From IMG/VR virus record IMGVR_UViG_3300037086_000360, positions 186,112-250,111 of that record: a stretch of DNA of 64,000 bases; one strand, written 5' to 3'. A program made the translations under genes and the position numbers. Positions 17,118 through 27,688 of this stretch are shown here, in pieces. How positions within the stretch are numbered: position 1 is the stretch's first letter; every line of letters begins with the position of its first letter. Under the pieces are notes generated by a model. The model made no database searches. It worked only from the letters and a program-made list of their open reading frames with translations, and was not told the DNA's origin.

Positions 17118-17697
17118 ACCCGAGATTCCAGACAGAAAATTACCGATAAACAACAATAAAAAAGATGATGATCAACAATTGGTCGAACACATTGATGGTC
17201 ACATTTACTTTTATTCAGATGTGACTTCCCTATCAGTAATTAAACTCAACAAAGTAATAAGAGAAATCACAAACAATATGCTTCCATATAAAGAAGATGG
17301 ATTGGTGTTGAAGCTTCATATCAACAGTGATGGTGGAGTTCTTCTTGATGGACTTGCCGCTCTCGATTCAATTATTTCTAATGCACTTCCCATCCATACC
17401 TATGTAGAAGGTGGAGCTGCCTCAGCCGCCACTCTTATTTCAGTCGCAGGTAAAAAAAGATTCATGCACAGACACTCTTTCATGCTTATCCACCAAATGT
17501 CAAGCAGACTGTGGGGCAAGTATGAGGAGATAAAAGACGACAAAGAAAACTGTGATCGATTCATGAAAATGATCAAGGATATTTACAAGGAATATACAAA
17601 AGTTCCTATGAAAAAGATAGATGAAATTCTCAAACATGATTTGTGGTTTGACGCAGATCAATGTCTTGAATATGGGATGATAGATGAGATAGTCTAG
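17086..17697 (+). CDS. ClpP-like serine protease
   Basis: INSDGG, GGAASAATLI (catalytic Ser), MLIHQ (His), DLWFDADQCLEYGMIDEI. Confidence 0.9.
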   Translation: MRRLSWQNDIEPEIPDRKLPINNNKKDDDQQLVEHIDGHIYFYSDVTSLSVIKLNKVIREITNNMLPYKEDGLVLKLHINSDGGVLLDGLAALDSIISNALPIHTYVEGGAASAATLISVAGKKRFMHRHSFMLIHQMSSRLWGKYEEIKDDKENCDRFMKMIKDIYKEYTKVPMKKIDEILKHDLWFDADQCLEYGMIDEIV

Positions 17698-17790
17698 AGA
17701 TTTTATGCGACAGACGGATAAGATAACTAACTCAGGCTTCACGTGAAGCCAAAATTAAGCATATTTCTATTTACCTTATAGGAGGAATGA

Positions 17791-18279
17791 ATGAAACGTC
17801 TATTTCTTATCTTGGCCCTTGCCTTGATTGGCACATTGGCTTTCGCTGCAACAACGGGAACTATTACTCTCAATGGAATAGTTGCAGCCAGCACAAACAT
17901 TACAGTTACACCACAGGCTGGGTTCAATACTCTTGATCTCACCACAACTGCAACTAATGTCTTGGTGGCAATAATCAATGAACAGACCAACGACCATAGT
18001 GGATATACGGTTACAGTTGCCTCGGCCAACTTGGCAGGAGCCGGAACTGCGCCTTTCTTAAAAGATGTTGCTAGTGGAAATACTTGGCTTTATACACTTC
18101 AATATAATGCAGTCGCCGTAGTGTTTGCAAGTGGAGTATCAACAATATCAAATACTGTCGCAATGACTGTACCAGCGGGAGTTAATAAGAACCTCAACAT
18201 ATCATATGTTGGAACCAATACCCTTGCTGCGAGCAACGCTTACGCCGATACTCTTACGTTTACAATTGCAGGAAAATAA
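17791..18279 (+). CDS. Major pilin (Csu/spore-coat-U-like)
   Basis: Signal peptide TLAFA; Thr/Ala/Gly-rich beta protein; C-terminal YADTLTFTI. Confidence 0.75.
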   Translation: MKRLFLILALALIGTLAFAATTGTITLNGIVAASTNITVTPQAGFNTLDLTTTATNVLVAIINEQTNDHSGYTVTVASANLAGAGTAPFLKDVASGNTWLYTLQYNAVAVVFASGVSTISNTVAMTVPAGVNKNLNISYVGTNTLAASNAYADTLTFTIAGK

Positions 18280-19013
18280 TGAAACTCAATAGAAATAGCC
18301 AGGCTGGTTTGACTAGTCTGGCATTTTTGTTCTTCTTTTTGGTGAGTGTTGGTGTAGCCTCTGCCTTCAGTTTTTCACCAATCAGTTTAAGTTTCTCTCC
18401 ATCTGGTGAAAACACAATCCAAAGTTTCAAGCTTACCAATACCTCAGATGTCACAGTAGCAATCAAAGTTACCATGGTATCTCGTGAAATGGCTGTCGAT
18501 GGAACTGAGACTTTGAAACCAACCGATTTATTTGCCATCTATCCATCAAGAATTATTCTCGACGCAAGCTCGGTCCAAATTGTAAAGGTTCAGTGGAAGG
18601 GACCATTTGATGTTTCAATGGAACAAAACTTCAGGATCATTGCTGAACAAGTTCCTGTTGATTTCAATGGCCCAAAGCCAGTAAATATTAGAATCCTTAT
18701 CCGCTATATGGGAGCCATTTATATTACTCCCTCAAATGCCGTTCCAAACGTTGTCCTAGACTCAGTCAAACACGACACACAGAACCTTGCTATTACACTC
18801 TACAATAAAGGAAATGCCCATGTTCTTATGAGCAACTTGACACTTCAAGTCAAGACAAGTGAGTCCTTTAAAATTTATTCTCCCGAGGAACTAAAGGGCT
18901 TCAATGGAGAGAATATGCTTGCAGGTTTGAAGAGAACCTTTGTTGTCCCTCTCCCTCCAGACATGAAGGGCGAAGATTTTAGTGTCACGTTTAAGTTTGA
19001 TTCGATTCGTTAG
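18279..19013 (+). CDS. Periplasmic fimbrial chaperone (PapD/CsuC-like)
   Basis: FSPISL...FKLTN...IYPSRIIL...EQNFRIIAEQVP...N.GNAH. Confidence 0.88.
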   Translation: MKLNRNSQAGLTSLAFLFFFLVSVGVASAFSFSPISLSFSPSGENTIQSFKLTNTSDVTVAIKVTMVSREMAVDGTETLKPTDLFAIYPSRIILDASSVQIVKVQWKGPFDVSMEQNFRIIAEQVPVDFNGPKPVNIRILIRYMGAIYITPSNAVPNVVLDSVKHDTQNLAITLYNKGNAHVLMSNLTLQVKTSESFKIYSPEELKGFNGENMLAGLKRTFVVPLPPDMKGEDFSVTFKFDSIR

Positions 19014-21306
19014 AATCATATTCTTTCTTCTCACAATCTCATCTTTTTCAGCCCAAAGCTCGAATATTGTTCCTCTTGATTTTACTATTAATGAACAATC
19101 TCAAAAAACAATCAACTGCATCATTGTTGATAACCAACTATTGTCTATAGATAGAACAAAGTTGATTGAAGTTGTTCGTCCCATTCTAGATGAATCAACC
19201 TTCTTTAAGCTTCAAAATGAAATAGCAAACAAAGATTTCGTGCCTCCAAAAGATTTAGAGAAATATGGTATTATATCAAAATATGATTCCAATTTGTTGA
19301 AGCTGGAACTAAATATTCCTATTCAAGAACAAAGGGTTCAAGTCCTTAGAATGCCTGGCAGCTCGATTCCAAACTATGTTGCCGCAACTCCAGCAGATTT
19401 CAGTGTCTACCTTAATATGAGAACAACCATGAATCTGCAGACAGCATATGATATCCAAAACTCTATAACCTTGCCCACTCAGCTTATCCTTCAACCTGTG
19501 ATTAACTACAAAGGATGGGTTCTTGATACCAGCGTGACAAGTAGTGTCATTGAGTACCCTAGCATCAGCCTCGATTACGCTAGAGTTGTTCATGATTTTC
19601 CAGACAACTCACAACGACTCACTATTGGTTCCGTCTTTTTCCCAACTACTGCTTTTATGGCACCATTTCCTGCTTATGGAGTTGAGTTCACGCGCAATCC
19701 AATCATGACTCAAGCTCTTCGAAGTCCATATCTCATTCGACAAAGCTTTGAACTTTCTCAGCCATCTGCAGTAAGTATCATACTCAACGATAGAACTCTG
19801 GAGTCCTATCAATTGAATTCAGGCAAATATGTCCTTCCAGATATTCCTTTCATTGGAGGGTTAAATGACTTAGTCATAAATACAAATGGCCAAATAACCC
19901 ATACTGAAGTTTCGTATGATGCGAGACTTCTCGTTGAAAATGACATGTCGTATTCTGTGAACGTAGCAATTCCACAATGGGAGCTACAAGTTCCAATATT
20001 TTCAGGCTATTTCCTGTATGGAATCCTTCCATTTCTAACTGTTGGTGTCAATATGCAGGCAGGACTTGGCCGTCAAATGGAAGGAGTTGAGGCTGTTTAT
20101 TCTACTCCATATGGAAGTGTTCATGGACAGTTTGGATTGAGTGAAAGTCCAATCGATTTTGCGGCAGAAATCGACTATCGACTTGTATTTGCATATGGAA
20201 ATCTCCGTCCTACCGTGACCTTCAGCGCCCAATACACTGGACAAAACTTCTTACTCCCAGGTTTTGATTACAACAGCAACATTTACGCCTGGCTTTTTTC
20301 TGCAAGCTACGGTCAATCTCTTCCATATGGCATTGGGCTTAGCTTGGGGGTTGGATACCAAGTGGGATTGAGTCCAAACCCCGATCAAGCAAGTGCGAAT
20401 ATTACTCTCACAAAACAAATCTTCAAAGATACAAACATAAGTTTGATGTTCACAGTTGCCTACCAAGCAGGCAATCCATTGAAGTTTGAAGGATATTTTG
20501 GTCTAGCTTCTGTTGCACTTGGAGGTAAAGAGACCACCAACTTCAACTCCCAGCTTGATGGGCAATCAGCCTCAGTAAATGCCACCTATCAGCCAAATCA
20601 GAGTCTTCCGATGTTTTCAACTTTCTTGGCAAAGAGTCCAGATTTGAATGGGGCTATTTCGGCGAACTATAATGTGCCATTCACTGAAAGTTCATTGACA
20701 GAATCTTTTTCACCAACAACAAACAGTCTCGTTCTCTCTGCCGGTGTGGCGATTGTAATGGTCGAAGGTCATTTTGGAATCACAAGACCAATCTCAGATA
20801 GTTTTGCTCTCATTATTCCTCAAGACAATATGGCTGGTCAAACTGTCGTTGCAAACAAGCAGGCTGAAACCTATGATGGCATGGCTATGAAAAACTTCAA
20901 CATTGGTCTTTCACAGTTGCCATCCTATACCTTAGATCTAGTGACCCTTAGTTCTCCTACCGCCCCTATAGATACGAACGTGGGAGACAGTATAAGAGTC
21001 ATGAAGCCAACTTACAAGAGTGGAATCGCTCTATTTGTTGGAACAAAGGCAGCAATTTCCATAAAAGGAAAGCTCACATTTAATGGACAGCCTTTCACTT
21101 ATCAATCAGGACAAATCAAAGGAAATACTAGTGTCACCTTTTTCACAGATGAAAATGGAGATTTCGAAGCCTACGGTTTGAGTCCAGGAGATTATCAACT
21201 CACCATCAATGATCTTGAGGGATACAGTCAGAAAATTACAATCCCAATAGCAGCCCCGGCTTCTTATAATATAGGAACGATTGTTGTTCAGGAGAAAAAG
21301 CAATGA
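18982..21306 (+). CDS. Fimbrial usher
   Basis: 774-aa beta-rich protein with usher-like segments (RLTIGS..F, GL.PG.YQL), located between chaperone and adhesin. Confidence 0.85.
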   Translation: MSRLSLIRFVRIIFFLLTISSFSAQSSNIVPLDFTINEQSQKTINCIIVDNQLLSIDRTKLIEVVRPILDESTFFKLQNEIANKDFVPPKDLEKYGIISKYDSNLLKLELNIPIQEQRVQVLRMPGSSIPNYVAATPADFSVYLNMRTTMNLQTAYDIQNSITLPTQLILQPVINYKGWVLDTSVTSSVIEYPSISLDYARVVHDFPDNSQRLTIGSVFFPTTAFMAPFPAYGVEFTRNPIMTQALRSPYLIRQSFELSQPSAVSIILNDRTLESYQLNSGKYVLPDIPFIGGLNDLVINTNGQITHTEVSYDARLLVENDMSYSVNVAIPQWELQVPIFSGYFLYGILPFLTVGVNMQAGLGRQMEGVEAVYSTPYGSVHGQFGLSESPIDFAAEIDYRLVFAYGNLRPTVTFSAQYTGQNFLLPGFDYNSNIYAWLFSASYGQSLPYGIGLSLGVGYQVGLSPNPDQASANITLTKQIFKDTNISLMFTVAYQAGNPLKFEGYFGLASVALGGKETTNFNSQLDGQSASVNATYQPNQSLPMFSTFLAKSPDLNGAISANYNVPFTESSLTESFSPTTNSLVLSAGVAIVMVEGHFGITRPISDSFALIIPQDNMAGQTVVANKQAETYDGMAMKNFNIGLSQLPSYTLDLVTLSSPTAPIDTNVGDSIRVMKPTYKSGIALFVGTKAAISIKGKLTFNGQPFTYQSGQIKGNTSVTFFTDENGDFEAYGLSPGDYQLTINDLEGYSQKITIPIAAPASYNIGTIVVQEKKQ

Positions 21307-22214
21307 AATCACGAATCATTTTAATCTTGTTGATGTTTATGTCTCTTTCAATTGGAGCCCAGACATTAACTTTTTCAGTTCCTCCAGGAAATCCTACTGG
21401 AACCTATTCTCCTGATACTGGTGTTACTATAGTTAGCACAATGACTATTCGGCATACTGGAGCCGCTTGTAGCTATTTTATCACTTTTGCTTCTGGATCA
21501 TCTGGAACCTTCACATCAAGAACAGCAAAAAGTGGTGCCAACATTCTCAACTATCAAATCTATGACAACATAACCAATAAAAATGTTCTCGAGGATTTGA
21601 CAGCGAGTCCAACATCTGCAAATGTGTTGAGTGGTTCTTTCGCAGCAGGAACTGCGACTCAGGTCCAAACATTCACAAGCTATGTTGCAACAACACAACT
21701 TCCTCCGGTTGGAACCTACACAGATGCTATAAGAATGGACATTTATATTGGAACAATAGCCGCTCACGGGGCATCTGTCAGAAATCGTACCTTCACAGAA
21801 ACCATGACTGTTCCAACTCTTCTCGACATATGCCTCGTTCCAACCGGTTCGTCCTTCAATGTTGCAAGCACTTCTACCACTTTCAACTTTGGAACTCTTT
21901 CAACTGGACAAAATCTTGGTGATGATTTCATGGTGAGATCTAATGGATTAAACACAGTGAAGGTCACTTCTACAAATGGACAAGTGTTAAAGAATGCTAT
22001 TAGTGGAGATATTAGTTCAGTTCCATATATCTTTGCTGTTAATGCTGTTGCATACACACTACCAGCCGCCACTGCTGTAACCATCATAGCGAGTCAACCA
22101 GCAACTGTAGCGACTGGAAAGCGATACCCAATTCTAGTAACCATAGGCACCATAGGGTGGGTCAGTGCGGCCACATATACAGACACGATCACTTTTACCG
22201 CAACTGCAAACTAG
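21303..22214 (+). CDS. Two-domain tip pilin/adhesin (CsuE-like)
   Basis: Signal peptide; LNYQIYD, PVGTYTDAI and ATYTDTITF spore-coat-U-like motifs in two domains. Confidence 0.8.
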   Translation: MKSRIILILLMFMSLSIGAQTLTFSVPPGNPTGTYSPDTGVTIVSTMTIRHTGAACSYFITFASGSSGTFTSRTAKSGANILNYQIYDNITNKNVLEDLTASPTSANVLSGSFAAGTATQVQTFTSYVATTQLPPVGTYTDAIRMDIYIGTIAAHGASVRNRTFTETMTVPTLLDICLVPTGSSFNVASTSTTFNFGTLSTGQNLGDDFMVRSNGLNTVKVTSTNGQVLKNAISGDISSVPYIFAVNAVAYTLPAATAVTIIASQPATVATGKRYPILVTIGTIGWVSAATYTDTITFTATAN

Positions 22215-22657
22215 CATACTTTAGATAAATTCATAGAAAGAATTGTTGATGACTAAGAAAACTCTCGAAAGATATGCATCCCAGATTAATGCTCCACAAT
22301 TAGACGATGATAAAGATTTGGTAGAAGAAGCCAAAATGCTTCTCGGCGACACAACATTCAGAATGTTGCCCAGGAGCAGTAGAATTTATTACATGCGACT
22401 CTTCGTAAAACATCGCTTTTTCAAAGTTAGATGTCACAAATGCAGAAAAAGAGTCAATGATTTATATGATTTCATTCAATTCAAAAATCCTACATGGTGT
22501 ATGGACTGTATGAGAAATGAGAGTCCAAATACTCTCTTTGAAATCAAGGAAAGCGTAGAGGAATTCATTTAGATTTTGCATATTTCTAAACACATGAATA
22601 TTCGGAAGTGAATGATATTTCTAAGAGAATGTTGAAAAAGAAAATAGGAGAAAATAA

Positions 22658-23500
22658 ATGGGAATAATTCGCACACACTGCGCACTCATCCTCGATAAAA
22701 GCGGGTCGATGGGCGGTATCAAGGATTCTGCTCTCAACAATTTTAACGAGCAGATCCAGACTCTAAAAACAGAGTCAAATTCACCAGATGCCATTGCCAA
22801 GAAGATGTTGATAAGTGGTGGAAATCCAACGGGAGTTGAGACATATGTCACTCTCGTAGCATTCAACGACAATGTCGAATTTTTGAACTTTGATCAGAAC
22901 ATTAATGACATTGAAGAGTTTCCAGCTGAAAAATACGCACCAAACGGCTCAACAGCACTCTTTGATGCCATTGGAATGACGATTGACCGTTTTACCAGCG
23001 AGATCCAAGGACTTGATGATCCAGATACTGGAATGTTGTTCATCATTATCACTGATGGACAGGAAAATGCCTCTAAGTCCTGGGGACAGGAAGATGGAAG
23101 AAAGAAGCTGAAGTCAAGAATAGAAGAGCTTCAAAACTCAAAGAAATGGACTTTCACATTCATTGGTTCTGAAAAGGTCATGGAGACCGCCGTTGATCAT
23201 CTGGGTCTCTATGCTGGAAACACCGCTTCCTTTGCAGCTACCGCTGGTGGGATCAGGGGCGCTTCAGTTCAAATGTCTGCTGGAACTAGAAGCTACATGT
23301 CAGCAAGAATGCTACATAAGACCTCTATAGATTCATATTACAGTGGCGATGATGACGCTACTGGTCCTACAGTTGTTCCACCAGTTGATCCTCTCACCGG
23401 AATTGACGTAGCAAAGATCAAGTTGATGGAAGAAGCCATCAAAAAGAGTGCACTGAAGAAACAAACAACAGTTTCCGAAGAAGATAAAGAAGAAGCATAA
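22658..23500 (+). CDS. vWA-domain protein
   Basis: LILDKSGSM (DxSxS), GSTALFDAIG, IITDGQEN. Confidence 0.92.
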   Translation: MGIIRTHCALILDKSGSMGGIKDSALNNFNEQIQTLKTESNSPDAIAKKMLISGGNPTGVETYVTLVAFNDNVEFLNFDQNINDIEEFPAEKYAPNGSTALFDAIGMTIDRFTSEIQGLDDPDTGMLFIIITDGQENASKSWGQEDGRKKLKSRIEELQNSKKWTFTFIGSEKVMETAVDHLGLYAGNTASFAATAGGIRGASVQMSAGTRSYMSARMLHKTSIDSYYSGDDDATGPTVVPPVDPLTGIDVAKIKLMEEAIKKSALKKQTTVSEEDKEEA

Positions 23501-23693
23501 AATATGACTCTGATTGAAATGAGAGAAGTTCGAAAGCGAAGAATGCAGAGAACTCGTATTTTTCGTAGAGGACCTAGCATATATAAAAGCGTTGAGAACA
23601 ATAGTGAAGTGAATTCACCAGGGGAGGCGATAGATAATGATTCACTTCACCAGCACAACAACGCTGCTGCATGTGTAGCAGCGGTACTTTGAA

Positions 23694-23968
23694 GGGGCCG
23701 TAAAGGTTTCGACTGAACAGTGTTGGGCTTAGCCGAAGTTTTTCTACAAAATAGACGCGAATAACTTCGCTCTCGCGGCATAGCCGCTCACCTAACGGCA
23801 TTTAGTTTTTTGCTTCTAGCTGTTGGGTAACAAAAAGCAAAGAACGGGTTCATTCAATGAAACTCCCGTAAAAAAGCGAATTGTGGTATTTAGAATCCAC
23901 CACTCTACGGTTCTACGGCAGGCGAAGGTCCTTTGTTCAGGACGGGATTTCGATTATCCCCGGCTCCA
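23694..23968 (+). ncRNA. ssrA: tmRNA, 275 nt, tag (A)ANNFALAA*
   Basis: GGGGCCG...TTCGAC 5' end; GGGAT-TTCGATT-ATCCC-CGGCTCC-A 3' end with G3.U70; AAAATAGAC upstream of GCG AAT AAC TTC GCT CTC GCG GCA TAG (23757-23783). Confidence 0.92.
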
Positions 23969-23977
23969 TTTCCAGAC

Positions 23978-24010
23978 ACCTCCAGCACATAGTATGTTGG
24001 AGGTTTTTTT
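23978..24010 (+). terminator. Terminator downstream of ssrA
   Basis: ACCTCCAGCA...TGTTGGAGGT followed by TTTTTT. Confidence 0.8.
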
Positions 24011-24275
24011 GATCATTTTCACGGAAATGATTGATAAGATAGTTGAAGTTATACTTTTCTAGAGGAGTCTGATTTGACGCGCACTAAAACCTTGAAGAGA
24101 TATGTTGTTATCTACAAAAAATCGCAAAAAACAGATGACCCCACAGAACAGGAAGATCTTCTAGCTAAACTTGATGATCTATATTATGAGCTGAGCGACG
24201 AAGATATGGAGTACGTTGAAAGACACGAAATGCTGCCTTAGTGTAAGATAAATATAAAACTGTGGGAGAAAAAGA

Positions 24276-24704
24276 TTGCAGCTCAATGAAAGTGTTTTCG
24301 ATGTCATCGGCAGAGATTCGCTGAATCTTGTCATTTTTAGATACCAACTGACAGATACTCCCACTGTTCAATGGACTGCTATTTTTAATCGTTGGGGTGA
24401 ACCATTTAGGGTTCATTCTTTCAAAAACACCAAATACATTGTAATTAAAGTGACTTCCAACCAGGCTAAAACCTTAGATGCCAAAGGGCTTGTCAAGAAA
24501 TTAATTGCCAATGCCAGTCAAGACTATGAGCGGGAAGTCCAAAAAAGTGCTACATTATTAAAAATTGCCACAAGATCAACACATCCCTTACCCAGAGGGC
24601 TAGTCATTGTTCATAACAACTTATCACATTCTATAGGTCCAAACGGTATTTCTGAATACGAGGACTATTTGAACAAAGTGATAACGAGAGTGAGCAACCT
24701 ATAA
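24276..24704 (+). CDS. Hypothetical protein
   Basis: ORF preceded by GTAAGATA. Confidence 0.55.
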   Translation: MQLNESVFDVIGRDSLNLVIFRYQLTDTPTVQWTAIFNRWGEPFRVHSFKNTKYIVIKVTSNQAKTLDAKGLVKKLIANASQDYEREVQKSATLLKIATRSTHPLPRGLVIVHNNLSHSIGPNGISEYEDYLNKVITRVSNL

Positions 24705-24754
24705 AGATATAGATGTAATTTCTTTTTACTATTCAAAAAGGAGAGGTAAAAACT

Positions 24755-25261
24755 ATGAGTATGGATTTCAATAAGTTTGTTGAAAACCTTGAGAAGAAAG
24801 CTGGTGGAGCTCTGTTTGAGCAGGGTCCAGGAGCAGGAGCTGGTCGTATTATTCCAGCTGACCAAGTCATTTCTGACGGAGCTGGTGGATGGTTCTATGT
24901 TCCAAAGCAGACCTTTCTAAGCAAGTCAATGAAAGTAGCTGTCCATGAGATCGACAAAGACAAGTGGCAGATTTTCTATATGGCACCACTATCTGGAGCT
25001 TCTGAAAAGGCAAGATCCGGAGCTGCCAAGTTGGCTTCTAGAGGCGCTGCTAAGGCTGAGGAACCAGAAACTGCAACTGAAGAGATCATGAGATATACGA
25101 GAATGCTCAATGAAAACATCGAAGGCGATTCAAAGTCACTTCCAAATTGGTTTGTGAAGGTAAAGTCTCCTGAAATGTCTTTCGAAGATTGCATTAAGAC
25201 TTGCGTGGATTTGGTAAAGGGAAAGGCTGACGCAATTCCAACTGCATTCAAGAGAGCATAA
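24755..25261 (+). CDS. Hypothetical protein
   Basis: GGAGAGG RBS; 168 aa. Confidence 0.7.
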   Translation: MSMDFNKFVENLEKKAGGALFEQGPGAGAGRIIPADQVISDGAGGWFYVPKQTFLSKSMKVAVHEIDKDKWQIFYMAPLSGASEKARSGAAKLASRGAAKAEEPETATEEIMRYTRMLNENIEGDSKSLPNWFVKVKSPEMSFEDCIKTCVDLVKGKADAIPTAFKRA

Positions 25262-25287
25262 CTCTACACTAGAAAAGGTGGTCTCAA

Positions 25288-27687
25288 ATGGACGTCCTCT
25301 TAGAAAAGCTCAGATCTGAGATACTAAAAGAGGGACTGCCCCATGATGAGGTTAGCTTGGAGTATCTGCTCGAGAATTACGAAAGTCTCGATGAGGATAT
25401 GAAAAAGTTTGCAGCTTGGGGAAGAATTGCCTTAAAAAAGGTTTCACAGTTCCTCGGCAAAGTGAAGATCTTCTTCCAAACGGTTGGAGATAAGACTTTT
25501 GCCATGTATAGAAAGGGAAATGAAGAGGGAATCATTGACCCAGTGACGATGAAAGTCGCCATTAAGTGGGGTAGTGGTACTCCACACTCAATGACAATTC
25601 TTTTAAATCCCGATGTATATGGTGTCCCACCAACGCATGCCCCAATACCAGAGGGTAAGACAAAAAAAGTATCATTAGAAACTTTACTCGAGGATGAAAC
25701 TCAAGCTGATTTTCAAAAGGCTTTGGGTAAGAGGACTTCTGAACTCGACATTCCATTAGACACGGGTGAATTAGATCAAGACGAAGCATCTAAACAACTT
25801 TCTTCACATAAAGATGTTGAAGAGATTGTCAAACTTCTAAAGCGATTTGCACGACAAGCTCTTGACAGAAAATCAATTAATGAAAGAGTACCTTCCATCT
25901 TGATTCAGGGACCTCCGGGTGGAGGCAAGACAACCATAGCAAAACAATTTGTTGAAACTATGGCAACTGAATGGCATTATAGTATTCTAGAGATTGCTTC
26001 TCTCTACAAAGAAATCTTGGGTGGATTCCCTGTTGTCACGAGATCACTTAGTCCAAATGATGAGAGCATTAGAGATCTTATGAAGAAAAAACTCTCTTCT
26101 CTTACATCTGAAGAGAGAAAAACAATCGAAGAATTCCAAAAAGAAATGCAGAGATTTGAAGAAGTTGTATTGAAGCCAGCAAACATTCTTCCACCAAGTG
26201 GAGCTCCAGGAAATTATGTTCTTTTCCTTGATGAGTTCAACAGGGAAGAAGAAAAGATGGCTGCAGCTATGAACCTCTGTCTCTCAGGAAGTATTGGAAA
26301 TACATATACACTTCCAGTTCATTCACTAGTCATTGCTGCTGGAAACGTTGGAAAGCCAGTCGATACTGTTGATGTTGCAAAGATGGATAGTGCAACCTTC
26401 TCAAGGTTTGGTGCAACAGTATATCTTGGATATGACTGGTTAGCTTGGGTCGATTATGCTAACACTAGAGAGTTTGCCGATAAACATATTGGAAAGGCCC
26501 CGGCAATTGTAACCAATTGGGTATTGGAAAAAACCGCACAAGAAAAGACAAGAGACTGGACAGTTCCTCTGAAGCAATTTACTACAAAGGGAGAAGGCCA
26601 GTTTAATCCAAGAATGATGTCAAACGTTGTTGCTCAGATGATCTCTGCGGCGGCGACACACTGGGAAGACAACACCCTGCTTGGCAAGAAACCAAAAGAC
26701 TACTATGAGAAAGGTTTCAAATCTGCCGGTTACCCCAATGCATTGGCGTATTATTTACACTACAATCAAAAACAATTATTTGCAGAAATCGCTGGGACTT
26801 CTCTCGGCGCGGCTCCAGAAGCAGTAGCTCATGAGATTTTGGGATCATTCGAGAACGCCCAACAGCAAAAGCGTACATTGGCACCTGAAGACATCTTGCT
26901 AACTTGGGTTTCAATGTCCGAGAAAAAGAGAAAAGCAGCAAATGCTGGAATGGCTAAATTGTTTGTAGTAAAAATTCCATTCTTCATTCAAGATCACGAA
27001 ACCATGGCATCTATTCAGAAGTACATTAAAGAACACGATTTGAAAATACCTGAGGAAGACCTCAAGGAAGTAAATGGTGATCTCGCAATGTATATTGCAG
27101 CCAACATCGCAGGCTTTACTGATTATGTTGGTATGAGAGCTGATGATGCTGGTGGATTGTTTAAAGCATTGTCGGAAATCAGAGCTGGTCGAGCATTGGA
27201 AGCGGATGAAGAGGAAGAGGAAGATGATTCCAAGCCTGCAAAGGGAAAGAAGAAAGCCGCTCCTAAGCAGAAGGCTGCTAAATACACTTCTGAAGTTGGA
27301 AAAGAAGCAATTGCTAACGAATTCGCAGATAGAATCATGACTCGTTTGATTGAGGTTTCTGAAACCTATAGCAATATCCAAAATGTGGCTATTGAGCATG
27401 CAAAGAAAACTGAAGGAAAGACTAGCAAATTCATTCAAGCATTTTCTCATGCACAAAGAGGCGAACTTATTGATGGTGGCGAACCACCTTCATATGCTGT
27501 TCATCACTTGAAGGGAAAAAACCTGACGAATTATTTGACTATTTTGAACATGCAAATGCTTGGACGAAACATCATCAACCCAATTCTCAAGAAAGCTCCA
27601 AAAGTAACAGAACTTGGTGCTGAAGAGCCACCGAGAGAAAATCCAGTTGAAGAGGGACTAAGAAGACTATTCTCAAGGATGCTATAA
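25288..27687 (+). CDS. MoxR-like AAA+ ATPase with long N- and C-terminal extensions (system 1)
   Basis: GPPGGGKT, LFLDEFNR, VIAAGN, D.ATFSRF, NPR. Confidence 0.88.
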   Translation: MDVLLEKLRSEILKEGLPHDEVSLEYLLENYESLDEDMKKFAAWGRIALKKVSQFLGKVKIFFQTVGDKTFAMYRKGNEEGIIDPVTMKVAIKWGSGTPHSMTILLNPDVYGVPPTHAPIPEGKTKKVSLETLLEDETQADFQKALGKRTSELDIPLDTGELDQDEASKQLSSHKDVEEIVKLLKRFARQALDRKSINERVPSILIQGPPGGGKTTIAKQFVETMATEWHYSILEIASLYKEILGGFPVVTRSLSPNDESIRDLMKKKLSSLTSEERKTIEEFQKEMQRFEEVVLKPANILPPSGAPGNYVLFLDEFNREEEKMAAAMNLCLSGSIGNTYTLPVHSLVIAAGNVGKPVDTVDVAKMDSATFSRFGATVYLGYDWLAWVDYANTREFADKHIGKAPAIVTNWVLEKTAQEKTRDWTVPLKQFTTKGEGQFNPRMMSNVVAQMISAAATHWEDNTLLGKKPKDYYEKGFKSAGYPNALAYYLHYNQKQLFAEIAGTSLGAAPEAVAHEILGSFENAQQQKRTLAPEDILLTWVSMSEKKRKAANAGMAKLFVVKIPFFIQDHETMASIQKYIKEHDLKIPEEDLKEVNGDLAMYIAANIAGFTDYVGMRADDAGGLFKALSEIRAGRALEADEEEEEDDSKPAKGKKKAAPKQKAAKYTSEVGKEAIANEFADRIMTRLIEVSETYSNIQNVAIEHAKKTEGKTSKFIQAFSHAQRGELIDGGEPPSYAVHHLKGKNLTNYLTILNMQMLGRNIINPILKKAPKVTELGAEEPPRENPVEEGLRRLFSRML

Positions 27688-27688
27688 A

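Noticed and set aside
6873-24062. ORFs 6873..7067, 9185..9490, 15981..16187 and 23823..24062
   Set aside because: They overlap well-supported structural RNAs and lack RBS or motifs.
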